Source: an uncultured virus (IMG/VR IMGVR_UViG_3300031998_000047) (Duplodnaviria; Heunggongvirae; Uroviricota; Caudoviricetes). From it: a stretch of 64,000 nt of DNA. Under the pieces are notes generated by a model. The model saw only the letters and a list, made by a program, of their open reading frames with translations. It was not told the origin of the DNA and searched no databases. Positions 1 to 9,793 of this stretch are shown piece after piece (position 1 is the stretch's first letter; each line of letters opens with the position of its first letter). The stretch lies in IMG/VR virus record IMGVR_UViG_3300031998_000047; one strand, written 5' to 3'. The position numbers were made by a program, and so were the translations under genes.

Positions 1-548
1 AGTGATGCTGTCTCCTCCGATTTCTTCTTCCGCATCAGAAGTGAACCCGTAAGCGTACTCACCGATTTTTTGAGTAAAAAAAAAGCGGATAAATCTATTG
101 ATTTTATTGCGCCCAGCACAATTGCCGACCATTGGTTTGCATCAAATGTGCTCTGCATGACCTTTGCCTTCATAACGCTTACATAGTAGTCGTTCTTTGT
201 GCGAACCTCATCCCAAGTAAGATTGTTCCCGTCGGGAGTGAAAAGGTGATTGCAAAGCATAACGGCCATGATTTCACACATAGCATCCAAATCGGTACAC
301 AAGGCAGTTATAACCTTTTGGTCGGTATCTAACGTTTCATCAGCCTTACGCATATCCAATACAAGGTTACAGATACGGTACAACGAATAATAGCGCATAC
401 CCTTTACCTTATACTCCTTATCACCAAGGCGTATCAAGGATGGCGTATCATTGATTATATCAACGATGTTTTTTTGGATGTCAATTGGAAAATCCTTTAT
501 CTCCTCTTGCTCCTGCGCTACCTGCTTGTTCTCGTTTTCCTTTGCCAT
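1..548 (-). CDS. Probable tail assembly chaperone (runs off the window), with a slippery T9 run at 76-84
   Basis: Open frame from ATG at 548 (MAKENENKQVAQEQ...), absent from the ORF track because there is no stop in the window. Directly downstream of the putative major tail gene; in-frame T-TTT-TTT-TTA. Confidence 0.6.
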   Translation of the reverse strand, partial: MAKENENKQVAQEQEEIKDFPIDIQKNIVDIINDTPSLIRLGDKEYKVKGMRYYSLYRICNLVLDMRKADETLDTDQKVITALCTDLDAMCEIMAVMLCNHLFTPDGNNLTWDEVRTKNDYYVSVMKAKVMQSTFDANQWSAIVLGAIKSIDLSAFFLLKKSVSTLTGSLLMRKKKSEETAS

Positions 549-599
549 AATATAACTTTTTCGTGAACATAGTTTATTTTGATTCTAACGGCATTTCGT

Positions 600-645
600 A
601 AAGCAAAGGGGCGCATCATCGGGGACACCCCAACAACGCACCCCT
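600..645 (-). terminator. GC-rich hairpin with T-rich tail after the major tail gene
   Basis: Minus strand AGGGGTGCGTTGTTGGG-loop-CCCGATGATGCGCCCCT followed by TTGCTTT. Confidence 0.6.
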
Positions 646-681
646 CACGTTCACGAAAACGTTAGAATTGCCATGCTTAGA

Positions 682-1200
682 CTACTCGGTGGGGGTGTCA
701 CCGATAATCTTATACATGTGGTCAACTTGGTTTGCGTCGGTGTAAACCAAAGCGGTAATGGTAACGCTGTAGTTCAGCGCACCATCGGCATCCTTCTTGA
801 GAGTACCAACGGTCAGACCCTTGTAGATAACAAGCGAACCAAAGCCGCGACCGAAGTCGAGCTTCCACTCCTGCTCTGAGGTGTGTGCGGATGCAGCACC
901 CTCGTAGGTTTCGGGGCTTGTGTTGGCAACACCAGCAGTATAAGTACCACCGAAGATGGCAGGCAGCTCCGACAAATCGTAGTTTGCCAACTCAAAGGTC
1001 ATGCGCACGGGATTACCTTGATAGAAGATGTCGAAAGGTGCGTCGTAGAACTCGGCCTCAATCTCGGTAGATTCGGGCTCGTCCTGCGCGATTGCCAGTC
1101 CTTTCAAAACACCCATGAACTTGGTATAAGCCACATTAGAGGCAGAACCAACAGCGCGATAGCCAAGGCCAATCGGCTTCAAAGTTGTCTTTTTTGCCAT
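682..1200 (-). CDS. Putative major tail (tube) protein
   Basis: 172 aa, beta-rich; position between neck genes and the chaperone-like gene. Confidence 0.55.
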   Translation of the reverse strand: MAKKTTLKPIGLGYRAVGSASNVAYTKFMGVLKGLAIAQDEPESTEIEAEFYDAPFDIFYQGNPVRMTFELANYDLSELPAIFGGTYTAGVANTSPETYEGAASAHTSEQEWKLDFGRGFGSLVIYKGLTVGTLKKDADGALNYSVTITALVYTDANQVDHMYKIIGDTPTE

Positions 1201-1229
1201 AATTTGTTTCCTTTCTTTATTTTAATTAG

Positions 1230-1676
1230 TTACGAATTACTTTGTTGGTCTATTACGACGACAAATGATTTTATGAAAGCATGGTACTGGTTTCCCTTTA
1301 CCGTATTCTCATCATCATCCATCGAGAGAACGCTATCCTTTAAGATGTAGTAGTCGCCCTCATCAACGCGCCCCGTGTGGGCTTTTATGGCCGCTGTAAT
1401 ACCCTTATCGTAGGCATCGTAAAGCGTCTTATTCACACGCCCGCGAGTCTTTTTGGATATGTAGGCCGTAACCGTGCAGCGAACCCAGCCGTAAGCGTCG
1501 CCGTCAAACTCGGAATCATCATTGATATTGCCGACATTGGTAACGATAAAACCGTCCTCGATGTCCGATTTCGTAGTTTCCGTAGGCAATGTCATTGGAT
1601 AGATGTTATTCGTGACACCTGCAAGAATCTCCGAAAGGAAATCATATATCGGTATGCGTGACGAATCCGTAATCAT
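1230..1676 (-). CDS. Putative tail terminator/completion protein
   Basis: 148 aa, acidic; synteny only. Confidence 0.4.
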   Translation of the reverse strand: MITDSSRIPIYDFLSEILAGVTNNIYPMTLPTETTKSDIEDGFIVTNVGNINDDSEFDGDAYGWVRCTVTAYISKKTRGRVNKTLYDAYDKGITAAIKAHTGRVDEGDYYILKDSVLSMDDDENTVKGNQYHAFIKSFVVVIDQQSNS

Positions 1677-1681
1677 CGTGC

Positions 1682-2200
1682 TTAATATTTAGGCGTATCA
1701 ATTTCAAGTGTTACTACACAAAGCGGACTAAGAGCTTTCTTGATGTGGTCGTACCGCTGCGAAAGAACATGGAACTTATAGAACTTGCCCTTAAAGGTGT
1801 AACCCTCTTCCATATATGCCCCGTAGGGTGCTGTGGCGGCAAAAACTATTTCCCAGCCTTTGTCTTGGTCGGGCTTGTAAGCCTTTGCAAAATCATTGGC
1901 CAATTGGCGACCTTTCACGGGAACGCTGATAGATGGGCTGTATTCATGCAGTAAGGAGTTTTTCCTCGCCTGCTTGCGTCCATAAGTGCCGTAGCCCTTG
2001 CGCTTTCCGTTAAAGTAAACACACCATACGTAGGAGTCGGATAAGTTGAAAGTCTCATTGTCAAAAGAAACATTCTCCACGATATTCACGATTTCCGTTT
2101 CAGCGTACTCTATAAGCCGCTTGGTCTGCTCATCGGCAACGCTATTAAATAAACGCTTACCCCAAAGCTTTCCATTGAACTTGAACCGTGTCTTTGCCAT
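1682..2200 (-). CDS. Putative neck protein (HK97 gp10-like)
   Basis: 172 aa; T.NL..S and APYGAYMEEG motifs resemble gp10-like neck proteins; synteny. Confidence 0.45.
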   Translation of the reverse strand: MAKTRFKFNGKLWGKRLFNSVADEQTKRLIEYAETEIVNIVENVSFDNETFNLSDSYVWCVYFNGKRKGYGTYGRKQARKNSLLHEYSPSISVPVKGRQLANDFAKAYKPDQDKGWEIVFAATAPYGAYMEEGYTFKGKFYKFHVLSQRYDHIKKALSPLCVVTLEIDTPKY

Positions 2201-2218
2201 ATCGTTACGTATTGTATG

Positions 2219-2560
2219 TTAGCTGTTCCATTCCTTGCGTGTCGCATAGATACTTACACCGCCCAATTGCGAAGGCTCTGCATCATCAACCACGAACGAT
2301 ACCTCTTGGCCGAACCGAACCAACGTTATCTCGTCACCCTTAATAGGAATGATATATTTGTTATCGCTACCCTTGATTAAAGGTATTGATATAACATGGC
2401 TGGCGGTCTGCAATGCGCGACCGTTATCATCGGTGCGAATCGTTTCATCCATGATACCGTTGTAGATTTCTACGGTGGTATCATCATCGTCGCCGTGTCC
2501 CGCAATAATGCGGTTTATCACGCCTTGGTAGGGGTATTCAAGAATCTCGTCGCGTACCAT
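2219..2560 (-). CDS. Putative head closure/head-tail joining protein
   Basis: 113 aa, beta-rich; synteny. Confidence 0.4.
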   Translation of the reverse strand: MVRDEILEYPYQGVINRIIAGHGDDDDTTVEIYNGIMDETIRTDDNGRALQTASHVISIPLIKGSDNKYIIPIKGDEITLVRFGQEVSFVVDDAEPSQLGGVSIYATRKEWNS

Positions 2561-2564
2561 AGTT

Positions 2565-2957
2565 TTACTGCGGTATGATTTGGTCTACGTCCTCAATTGG
2601 TATGAACTTAATTTTTTTGCGAGCGTTTTCAAGTATCTCTGCCCTCTCGTCGTCGTATTTTTTGTAAATCGCGATGGCGTACTTGATTTTTTCATCTTGG
2701 TAGAAATCCTGCTCAGAGCCAACGGTCTTTTGGAAACCGTTATGCGACTGCTGCAAAGACGCTGTATTAGAAGGGCTTAAAAGTATGGCCGTGAATATGA
2801 TGTCAGCAGTCATTAGCTCTTTCTGCTGTTCTGTAACACCATTGCCATAAGCATCTTCATTCGGGTCGCACCCTCTATCCAATGCTATCTTGACAAGATT
2901 CTTCTCGTCGAAACGAGTATATGTCGTTGATGCTTTAAGCCATTCTAATACCGTCAT
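2565..2957 (-). CDS. Putative head-tail connector/adaptor
   Basis: 130 aa, immediately downstream of the capsid gene. Confidence 0.45.
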   Translation of the reverse strand: MTVLEWLKASTTYTRFDEKNLVKIALDRGCDPNEDAYGNGVTEQQKELMTADIIFTAILLSPSNTASLQQSHNGFQKTVGSEQDFYQDEKIKYAIAIYKKYDDERAEILENARKKIKFIPIEDVDQIIPQ

Positions 2958-3012
2958 CTTTCTTGCAGTTTTTTAACCTTGATTATCGAATCTTGTTAGC
3001 CATCGCGATTTT

Positions 3013-4305
3013 TTAGTCTGCGGTTGCAATATCAACTACTACGTGATACAGCGACTCGTTCAGAACGGTTGCGTAACGACCGATAACGTCCGTGTGGTAA
3101 GACTTGAGCATACCGTTCGGCGTAATCTTGTTGATTACATACAAGAAGTTCTGAATCTTAGCCAGCGAGAATTGAATATTGCTATTCACCTCACCGCTAC
3201 GCATCAGCGCAACGTCGGCGGTCTCTGCGTGAACGAGTACACCTGCCATGCCGAGTGGACGCAGAACAACGGTATTGGACTTCCAACCGCTTACGTCGGT
3301 AACGGTGGTGAAATCCTGCACCTTGCTTTCCTGCTTAACGACACGGATAGGAGCAATCTTAGAGATGGTGCTGCGGCTGTAGGCCACCAGCTGCTCCCAA
3401 GTGATAACGTCGGTGTCGATGCCGCTTGCACCGCTGGTTACAACGATAACCTTGTCGGGCGCATACAGACGAATCCAACGATTAACCTCGGCCTTGAAAT
3501 AACTGTTGTTAATCAAGATAGAGGTAACGATGCTATACGGGATGTCCCACTCCATAGCGAAGTCCTCAGAAAGATTCTTGGCAGCCTTGAAGTCGTGCTC
3601 AATCTTTTGCATCTGCGAAGGAATATCGCAGTCGTTGGCAGACCAAACCTTAGTGCCAGCCTTCTTGAAGTTCTCGATAGGAATGTAGGACTGCTGCATT
3701 GTAGAAACGCCGCTGAATCCCTTTGTCGAGGTGATAGAGCCCGTAGTACCCTTGAACGCAATGGTATTGGTGTTAGAATAAGCACCACCATAGGAAAGGG
3801 TCTGTGCGGCCATGTAAGAGGCGCGGAAGTTGTGGGTCTTAACGAGGTCTGCCACACCCTTAACAAAACCCGTGATGAGGTTTTGGTCTTGAATGTTCAG
3901 CTCGCGCAGACGTGCCTGCAATTCCGTCTTAGACATAGAGGTTTCAAACAAGCCCTTACCATATTGGTAGATAGAGCCAGTCTTTTCCTCCCAGCCTTCG
4001 GTGTCGAGTTGGGCGGTCTCAGACAGAGGAGCCATTGCATCGGCCATAGGCACGACGCGGTTGACTTTCTGACGAACAGTCCAAGCGGGATTCTTCTTGG
4101 TGTCTTGCAGGTCAATTTTATACTCGTTACCCTCGACAGCGAAGTGCTCCTGCCAAAAGAAGGCGTTGGCCTCGATTTCGAGAGTGTTGTCAATCAGAGT
4201 TTGGAGGAAACCTACGTTAGTTCCATCCATGAATCCTTTCTGATAAAGCTTTTCAATAGCCTCATCGGGATTCCATTGGTATTTTAATGCGTTTGGCATA
4301 ATCAA
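3013..4305 (-). CDS. Major capsid protein
   Basis: About 430 aa, strongly biased codon usage, follows scaffold- and decoration-like genes. Confidence 0.7.
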   Translation of the reverse strand: MIMPNALKYQWNPDEAIEKLYQKGFMDGTNVGFLQTLIDNTLEIEANAFFWQEHFAVEGNEYKIDLQDTKKNPAWTVRQKVNRVVPMADAMAPLSETAQLDTEGWEEKTGSIYQYGKGLFETSMSKTELQARLRELNIQDQNLITGFVKGVADLVKTHNFRASYMAAQTLSYGGAYSNTNTIAFKGTTGSITSTKGFSGVSTMQQSYIPIENFKKAGTKVWSANDCDIPSQMQKIEHDFKAAKNLSEDFAMEWDIPYSIVTSILINNSYFKAEVNRWIRLYAPDKVIVVTSGASGIDTDVITWEQLVAYSRSTISKIAPIRVVKQESKVQDFTTVTDVSGWKSNTVVLRPLGMAGVLVHAETADVALMRSGEVNSNIQFSLAKIQNFLYVINKITPNGMLKSYHTDVIGRYATVLNESLYHVVVDIATAD

Positions 4306-4317
4306 ATCCTCCTTTCT

Positions 4318-5061
4318 TTAAATCCAGAAAATACCATCAATAAGAGACTTGTTCAATGCAAGCACGTACTTAGGCAGAGGCTGCATACGGGCAATGAAAG
4401 CCTGCTTGTTGTAGACGGTGGAAATAGAATAGTTGGCATTTTGGAAGCCATAACCCTCGGTGGGGAGCAGTTCCTCATCCATCTCGATAAAGGTGTTGGG
4501 CTTTGGTACAAGAACCTTTGCGGAAGCACTTGCGGCTGTGCCTTGTGCCTCTACCAACACATCGCCGACTTCGAGAGCACCGATAGCGGTATCAAGTGTT
4601 ACCTTGAAACGTGCATTGGCCTCATCGTATTCAACGGCGGTAATCTTACCCGACTGACCAGTGTAGTCTGCGAAAGACTCAGTAACGGTATCGGGGTCGC
4701 CACCCGAACCAGCCACAACGGTCATTGTTTTAACCTTAACGGCGTCGGGAGCTTTCATAATAACCATGCCGACCTCTGGAGCGTCAGAATATCCGTCGCC
4801 CTTTAAGTAGATTATGGTGTCGGAGGCTTGGGCGGTGGCGTTATTAGCCGCGAAAGAACGGAAAATAAGGCATCCACCTTGCATGTCGTACTGAACCAAC
4901 TGGGCTGCGTACAACTTGCCGAAACCCTTGTTAGGATTCAGAATAGTGCCACCGAGCAGTACGTTACCGCGTTGCTCGCCGTTACCATCCTTAACCCAAA
5001 CAAACTTACCGCCACGAACCTTACGGGAGGTCTCGAAGAAAAACGCTAAATTTGTTACCAT
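4318..5061 (-). CDS. Putative capsid decoration/auxiliary head protein
   Basis: 247 aa, Ala/Gly/Thr/Val-rich, between scaffold and capsid genes. Confidence 0.5.
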   Translation of the reverse strand: MVTNLAFFFETSRKVRGGKFVWVKDGNGEQRGNVLLGGTILNPNKGFGKLYAAQLVQYDMQGGCLIFRSFAANNATAQASDTIIYLKGDGYSDAPEVGMVIMKAPDAVKVKTMTVVAGSGGDPDTVTESFADYTGQSGKITAVEYDEANARFKVTLDTAIGALEVGDVLVEAQGTAASASAKVLVPKPNTFIEMDEELLPTEGYGFQNANYSISTVYNKQAFIARMQPLPKYVLALNKSLIDGIFWI

Positions 5062-5097
5062 GATGTTTCCTTTTTTAAGTTGTTTATAAAAATGATG

Positions 5098-5730
5098 TTA
5101 CCTAACCTTTACTTTCGGAAGTGAACCGATGATTTCTGCATCTTTCGTTTCATCGGTAGTAGGCTTCTGAGGTCGGATGTCGCCAAGTGAATCCTTGAAG
5201 ATGTCCTTGAACTTTGCTACCAGCCCTTCGGCCTGCTCCTTGTCTTCCTTATCCAGCTTAACGGCGTAATCGGAAGCGAACTTGTCGAATGACGCGTGTA
5301 AGTCTGAACGGATGCCCTCCTTTGCAATGCGCATGATGTTACCAAGCTTTTCTTGCTTGCTCTTCGCATCCTTGAAAGCTTTCAATTCGTCCAATTGGTC
5401 TTGCACCTCTTTTGGAATCTGCTGCTCAACAACGGTGGGCGGAGTTTTGATTTTCTTCTGCAACTCGGCGATTTGGGATTTGTAGCCGTTTTCTTTCGTC
5501 TCAAACTCCTTGGTTTTGTCCGTGATAATCGTGCTTGCGCCGCTAAAAGCGGAATTAAGCGCGAACTTCATGTCGCCAAGAGCTGTTTCATCATCTGCGG
5601 CAGCGTCGGGATAACGCTTTGCAAAATGTTCAGCAAACTTGTCTTTAAAACCATCGGTAAGGGTTGCAGCGGTGTAACTTTTCTCGTTACAATAGTCATT
5701 TACTTTCTGTAAAGCCTCTTCTTTTGTCAT
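5098..5730 (-). CDS. Putative capsid scaffolding protein
   Basis: 210 aa, charged coiled-coil character, first gene of the head operon. Confidence 0.55.
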   Translation of the reverse strand: MTKEEALQKVNDYCNEKSYTAATLTDGFKDKFAEHFAKRYPDAAADDETALGDMKFALNSAFSGASTIITDKTKEFETKENGYKSQIAELQKKIKTPPTVVEQQIPKEVQDQLDELKAFKDAKSKQEKLGNIMRIAKEGIRSDLHASFDKFASDYAVKLDKEDKEQAEGLVAKFKDIFKDSLGDIRPQKPTTDETKDAEIIGSLPKVKVR

Positions 5731-5774
5731 AGTTTTCTACTATTAAAAATTAAACAATTAGATTTGTTTGGGTG

Positions 5775-5782
5775 CAAATTTA
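5775..5782 (-). promoter_or_regulatory. Bacteroidetes -7 promoter element (TAAATTTG) for the head/tail operon
   Basis: Matches TAnnTTTG about 45 nt upstream of the scaffold ATG. Confidence 0.6.
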
Positions 5783-5891
5783 ATAAATAAGGTGAAAAGA
5801 CGAAAGATAAAATAAACACAAGAACGTGATAAAGCGTGTGAAAATCACGAACTTAATTTGATGCAAGTCAATTATACAGAAAAGTAATGTG

Positions 5892-5899
5892 TATCTTTG
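5892..5899 (+). promoter_or_regulatory. -7 promoter element (TATCTTTG) for the terminase-portal-lysis operon
   Basis: Matches TAnnTTTG in the divergent intergenic region. Confidence 0.6.
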
Positions 5900-5956
5900 C
5901 AACAAGAAATTTCTATTAGGTTTATAAACTTGTTGCATTTTTAATTACTTTTGCGT

Positions 5957-7732
5957 ATGGCACGTAAGCGTAACGATATTGTATTAGCACCGTTAGAGGA
6001 TGGCAACCAAAAGTTTGCTATCCGTTCTAATGCTGATGTCGTATGCTTTACGGGGGGTACTGGCGGCGGCAAATCCGTTGCATTGTACTATGCGCCTATC
6101 ATGCACCTTGCCACGAACGATAACGCTAAGATAGTATGCTTTATGCGTAATATCAGCGACTTTTGGGGCGCGGGAAAGGTAAATGATACGCTTAAAAAGA
6201 TGTATCCTCTTATCGACCGTACAACAAAGAAACAGCCTCACGACCCAATAGGCGAGATTATCCGTAACAATCAAGACATGGGTATGAAACTCTACAACGG
6301 CTCTGAGATTAAGTTTCAGCAGTTGGATAACGAGAACCCTATCGTTATAGATAAAATCGCAAAAGGCTTGCAGGCGAAAAAGCTCATTTTCGACGAGTGC
6401 AACAAATTCTTATGGCGCACAATATCCACATTCTTCCCGCGTTTGCGTAGCGACACAAGCGGAAAGGCGCAAGTATTTCTCGCACAGAATCCAGAAAGGG
6501 AGTGCTTTATGCGTAAGCTGTGCGGAAAAGGCGTACATGGTGGTGGGTGGATTAACGACGACGGTACGGTCGACAAGTCGATGGATGGCGTCGTTATGTT
6601 TTTCTTCATGCCGAACGGTGATTATGAAAAGGCCGTTTGGGGGCGCACAAAGAGCGAGGTCTACGAAAAGGCGAAAGATGCCATTGATGCGCTTTTGCTT
6701 GTAGACCCCGACATGTCCTACGAGGACTTTATCCTTTCGATGGTGTTTTTCACTTTCGATGTGCGCGATAACAAAAAGATGCTTTCGCGGAACAAAGGCT
6801 ATCGCGGATTGGCCGCAAATGCAGCTACGGCAGCATCCGCATACGCCGTTAATTGGAATTATTCATTAACGGATGAAGAGGAAAGTATTGAGGATTTGTC
6901 AAACGTAGAGTTATCAACAAACGATGTGGAGCGTATGTTCAGACCATTGGAAACGCCTGTTGGCTGCGAAGTGCTGAAACGGCGAATGACAATGGATATG
7001 GCTACAACGGGATTCGATAACTTGGTATTCAAGTATTGGGAGCTGTGGTCGCATTACGGTTGGGTGTGTAGGGATATTGAATATTCCACAAGCAACAAAA
7101 GCCGCGAGGCCGTAATCATGGCTATACAATTCCGTGACAAGCACAAGCTGCAAGAAAAGGAGATGATTATAGACGTGCAGGGATTCGGATTCCTAAAGGA
7201 TTGCTTCCCGCGTGCGATATTATTTAGCGGTGCAGGCTCGTCAAGCAATCGCGGTAAATCACAATTCAAGACGATGAAGGATGAGGCAGGCCACGTCGCT
7301 ATGGAGATGATTCAAAGCGGCCTTATCCACTATGAGCCGCGACTCGCCAATGCTCACTATAATCACAAGAACATGAAACGGTCTGGAGGCACTACGGTAA
7401 TGAAACACATGATATTTGAAAGCCGCGTGTTCCAATTCAGCAAAACGCCTAATGGCCGTTTAGAGATGCTGCCAAAGGATAAGATGAAGGCATTGCTAAA
7501 AGGCATGTCGCCAGACCTTATGGATAACATCATTCTCCTTTGCGGCGGCACAATCTACGACTGCTACCGAATGTTACGCGACGATGCTGGCATCATGCGA
7601 AAGAAAGCGCAGGCGAGCGATATGTTGGCCTTGCTTAACGTCAACGGCCAAGAGGAGGTTGATACAAGAATACACCGTGTAAGAAAGATACGGAACGCAA
7701 GCGAAATATTAAACATATTAAGTACAATATAA
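5957..7732 (+). CDS. terL: Terminase large subunit
   Basis: Walker A GGTGGGKS, Walker B LIFDE, AQNP coupling motif, nuclease-type MTMDMA...D and C-terminal SPDLMD; followed by the portal gene. Confidence 0.9.
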   Translation: MARKRNDIVLAPLEDGNQKFAIRSNADVVCFTGGTGGGKSVALYYAPIMHLATNDNAKIVCFMRNISDFWGAGKVNDTLKKMYPLIDRTTKKQPHDPIGEIIRNNQDMGMKLYNGSEIKFQQLDNENPIVIDKIAKGLQAKKLIFDECNKFLWRTISTFFPRLRSDTSGKAQVFLAQNPERECFMRKLCGKGVHGGGWINDDGTVDKSMDGVVMFFFMPNGDYEKAVWGRTKSEVYEKAKDAIDALLLVDPDMSYEDFILSMVFFTFDVRDNKKMLSRNKGYRGLAANAATAASAYAVNWNYSLTDEEESIEDLSNVELSTNDVERMFRPLETPVGCEVLKRRMTMDMATTGFDNLVFKYWELWSHYGWVCRDIEYSTSNKSREAVIMAIQFRDKHKLQEKEMIIDVQGFGFLKDCFPRAILFSGAGSSSNRGKSQFKTMKDEAGHVAMEMIQSGLIHYEPRLANAHYNHKNMKRSGGTTVMKHMIFESRVFQFSKTPNGRLEMLPKDKMKALLKGMSPDLMDNIILLCGGTIYDCYRMLRDDAGIMRKKAQASDMLALLNVNGQEEVDTRIHRVRKIRNASEILNILSTI

Positions 7733-7733
7733 G

Positions 7734-9248
7734 ATGATTAGATTACACGACATCAAATGGTTTCTGCGTGAACCAGAAAGGCTTACAAAGATGAAGCCTT
7801 TCACTCGCGGCGGTAAGATGAACGGACACGGCTACGAGAACTCGGACATCCAGATTAATTCCATGATTGATACGGGTTTCACGAATCTTACGCTAAAGCC
7901 CGTGTCGCAGGATTTGTATATCACGGAGTATCGTCCCGACCTGCATCATATAATTATGAATAGGTCAATACCGCATATCAAGGTCTCTATTGACGGATGC
8001 GAGCTGCCTTTGGGTATGCTTGACATGACACAAACGGCATCGTTCCAAAAGCTGATTCACTCGGCACATGTCCGCTCACTGACAGCCAATCCGCTACTCT
8101 TCAACCTCGGCAAAACCGACGCCAATAACGGGGGTATAGACCCGTTTGAGGAGGTTAAGGATGCTTGGGCTGACCGTGGTATGGACTGGTGGCTTTCGCA
8201 GGCTATCAATACATGTAAGCAGCTTGGTAATACTGGACTGCTTTTCAGTTTCGATAAATCAGAAAACAAGACCATCGTAACCACGTACAGCTACGAGGAC
8301 GGTTATCAGATTGTTCCTAACTACGATGAATACGGCTACGAAATCGCCCGTTCTATCGCCTACATGGTTGATAACAAGAAAATAATTGATACATACGACA
8401 ATACAAACCACTATCGCGTAATGCAAGGTGCTACGGGTTGGGAGATTACAATGGAAAAGCATGGCTTCAGCCGTTGTCCTTTGCTTATCAAGCGCGGTAA
8501 AGTGGCTTGGGAGTATGCTGAAAGCACTATCGAGATGTGGGAGCTTATGACAAACATCAACGATATTGCATTGAAGCGTTTCGGTACGTTCGCACTTGTA
8601 TTCACGGGCGATATGGATGCCGAGTCGTTCAAGCGCGATTCAAGCACCCTTATCATCAATCTTTCAAGTGACACAACCAACGGAAAGCAGGATGCAAAGG
8701 TGTTGGAGTTCCCAGAACCGCAGACTATGGACGGGTATCTTAAAACCCTTGAGGAAAAGATTTCACTATTCAGCTCTACATCGTTCATCACGCCAAAGGA
8801 TATTACAGCCACCAACAGCGGCGGCAACGGCATCGCATTGGCTATGTCTAACGACTATGCCCTTGCTACACAAAGCGCATTGGATTGGCGTAAATTCGTG
8901 AACGACATGGTATATCTGCATCAAGAGGGATTGGATTTGGAGAATGACGGCGTGGATAAATATTCCAAGCTGCATATTGGCGCAAAGATTGTTCCTTGGT
9001 CGCTGGAGACGAACAATACAAAGATTACGAACCTTTCTATGGAGGCCAAGTGGCTTTCAATGCAGACCGTGATTGAAAATTCTCCAGATGCAGCACCCGA
9101 TGAGGTCGACCGCATCATCAAGGAGCGTGGCGCACTTATTCCACTTGATACCAAAGCTATTGATAGCAATGCGCAAACGGCAAACAACATCAGCCGTAAC
9201 CGCAGCGATGAAATAGTCGACAACAATTCTAAAACGGGCATTTCTTAA
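7734..9248 (+). CDS. Portal protein (SPP1 gp6-like)
   Basis: 504 aa directly after terL; HGF..CP and SG..IAL motifs typical of this portal type. Confidence 0.75.
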   Translation: MIRLHDIKWFLREPERLTKMKPFTRGGKMNGHGYENSDIQINSMIDTGFTNLTLKPVSQDLYITEYRPDLHHIIMNRSIPHIKVSIDGCELPLGMLDMTQTASFQKLIHSAHVRSLTANPLLFNLGKTDANNGGIDPFEEVKDAWADRGMDWWLSQAINTCKQLGNTGLLFSFDKSENKTIVTTYSYEDGYQIVPNYDEYGYEIARSIAYMVDNKKIIDTYDNTNHYRVMQGATGWEITMEKHGFSRCPLLIKRGKVAWEYAESTIEMWELMTNINDIALKRFGTFALVFTGDMDAESFKRDSSTLIINLSSDTTNGKQDAKVLEFPEPQTMDGYLKTLEEKISLFSSTSFITPKDITATNSGGNGIALAMSNDYALATQSALDWRKFVNDMVYLHQEGLDLENDGVDKYSKLHIGAKIVPWSLETNNTKITNLSMEAKWLSMQTVIENSPDAAPDEVDRIIKERGALIPLDTKAIDSNAQTANNISRNRSDEIVDNNSKTGIS

Positions 9249-9268
9249 AAGAAAGGAGGTTTATCATT

Positions 9269-9781
9269 ATGGGAGAGTATGGATTTGGAGGAGAGATTTA
9301 CAGCCTTATCAACACGTTAATAACAATCGTCTTGGGTGGTGGATGGTTCTTGCATTGGAGGGCAAGCCGACGCAAGGCCAACGGTGAAGCAAAGCAAACT
9401 GAGGCACAAGCAAACAAGGAGGCACAAGAATACTACAACACCACGTTAGCGGACGTTAATCGGACGCTGAACGAGGTACGCGCAGAACGTGACCATTACA
9501 AAGACGAAAGAAACGAGTTGCGTAAGGAAAATCACGAAATGCGCACAAAATACATAGAAATAGAGGATAAGATGACAAAGATGGATATTAACTATAAGCG
9601 TGACATATCACGTTTAGGCCGTCGTATTGATGTCCTTTCCCCTTTCCTATGCGGTGTAGCGGGCTGTATGCACCGCAAAAAGGTTAGTCTCATGGAAAAC
9701 ATTGACGACGACAGCTTTGCAAAGACAGAAGAGCGCAAAACAGCGCACAAAAACAATATTGAACCAAGTAACGAAATATAA
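9269..9781 (+). CDS. Membrane-anchored coiled-coil protein, putative holin/lysis accessory
   Basis: N-terminal TM (INTLITIVLGGGWF) plus coiled coil; precedes the endolysin. Confidence 0.5.
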   Translation: MGEYGFGGEIYSLINTLITIVLGGGWFLHWRASRRKANGEAKQTEAQANKEAQEYYNTTLADVNRTLNEVRAERDHYKDERNELRKENHEMRTKYIEIEDKMTKMDINYKRDISRLGRRIDVLSPFLCGVAGCMHRKKVSLMENIDDDSFAKTEERKTAHKNNIEPSNEI

Positions 9782-9793
9782 AAAGTAATTATT

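Noticed and set aside
3043..4287. 414-aa plus-strand ORF antisense to the capsid gene
   Set aside because: Shadow frame produced by the biased codon usage of a highly expressed gene; no motifs. Similar shadow ORFs occur over other genes.
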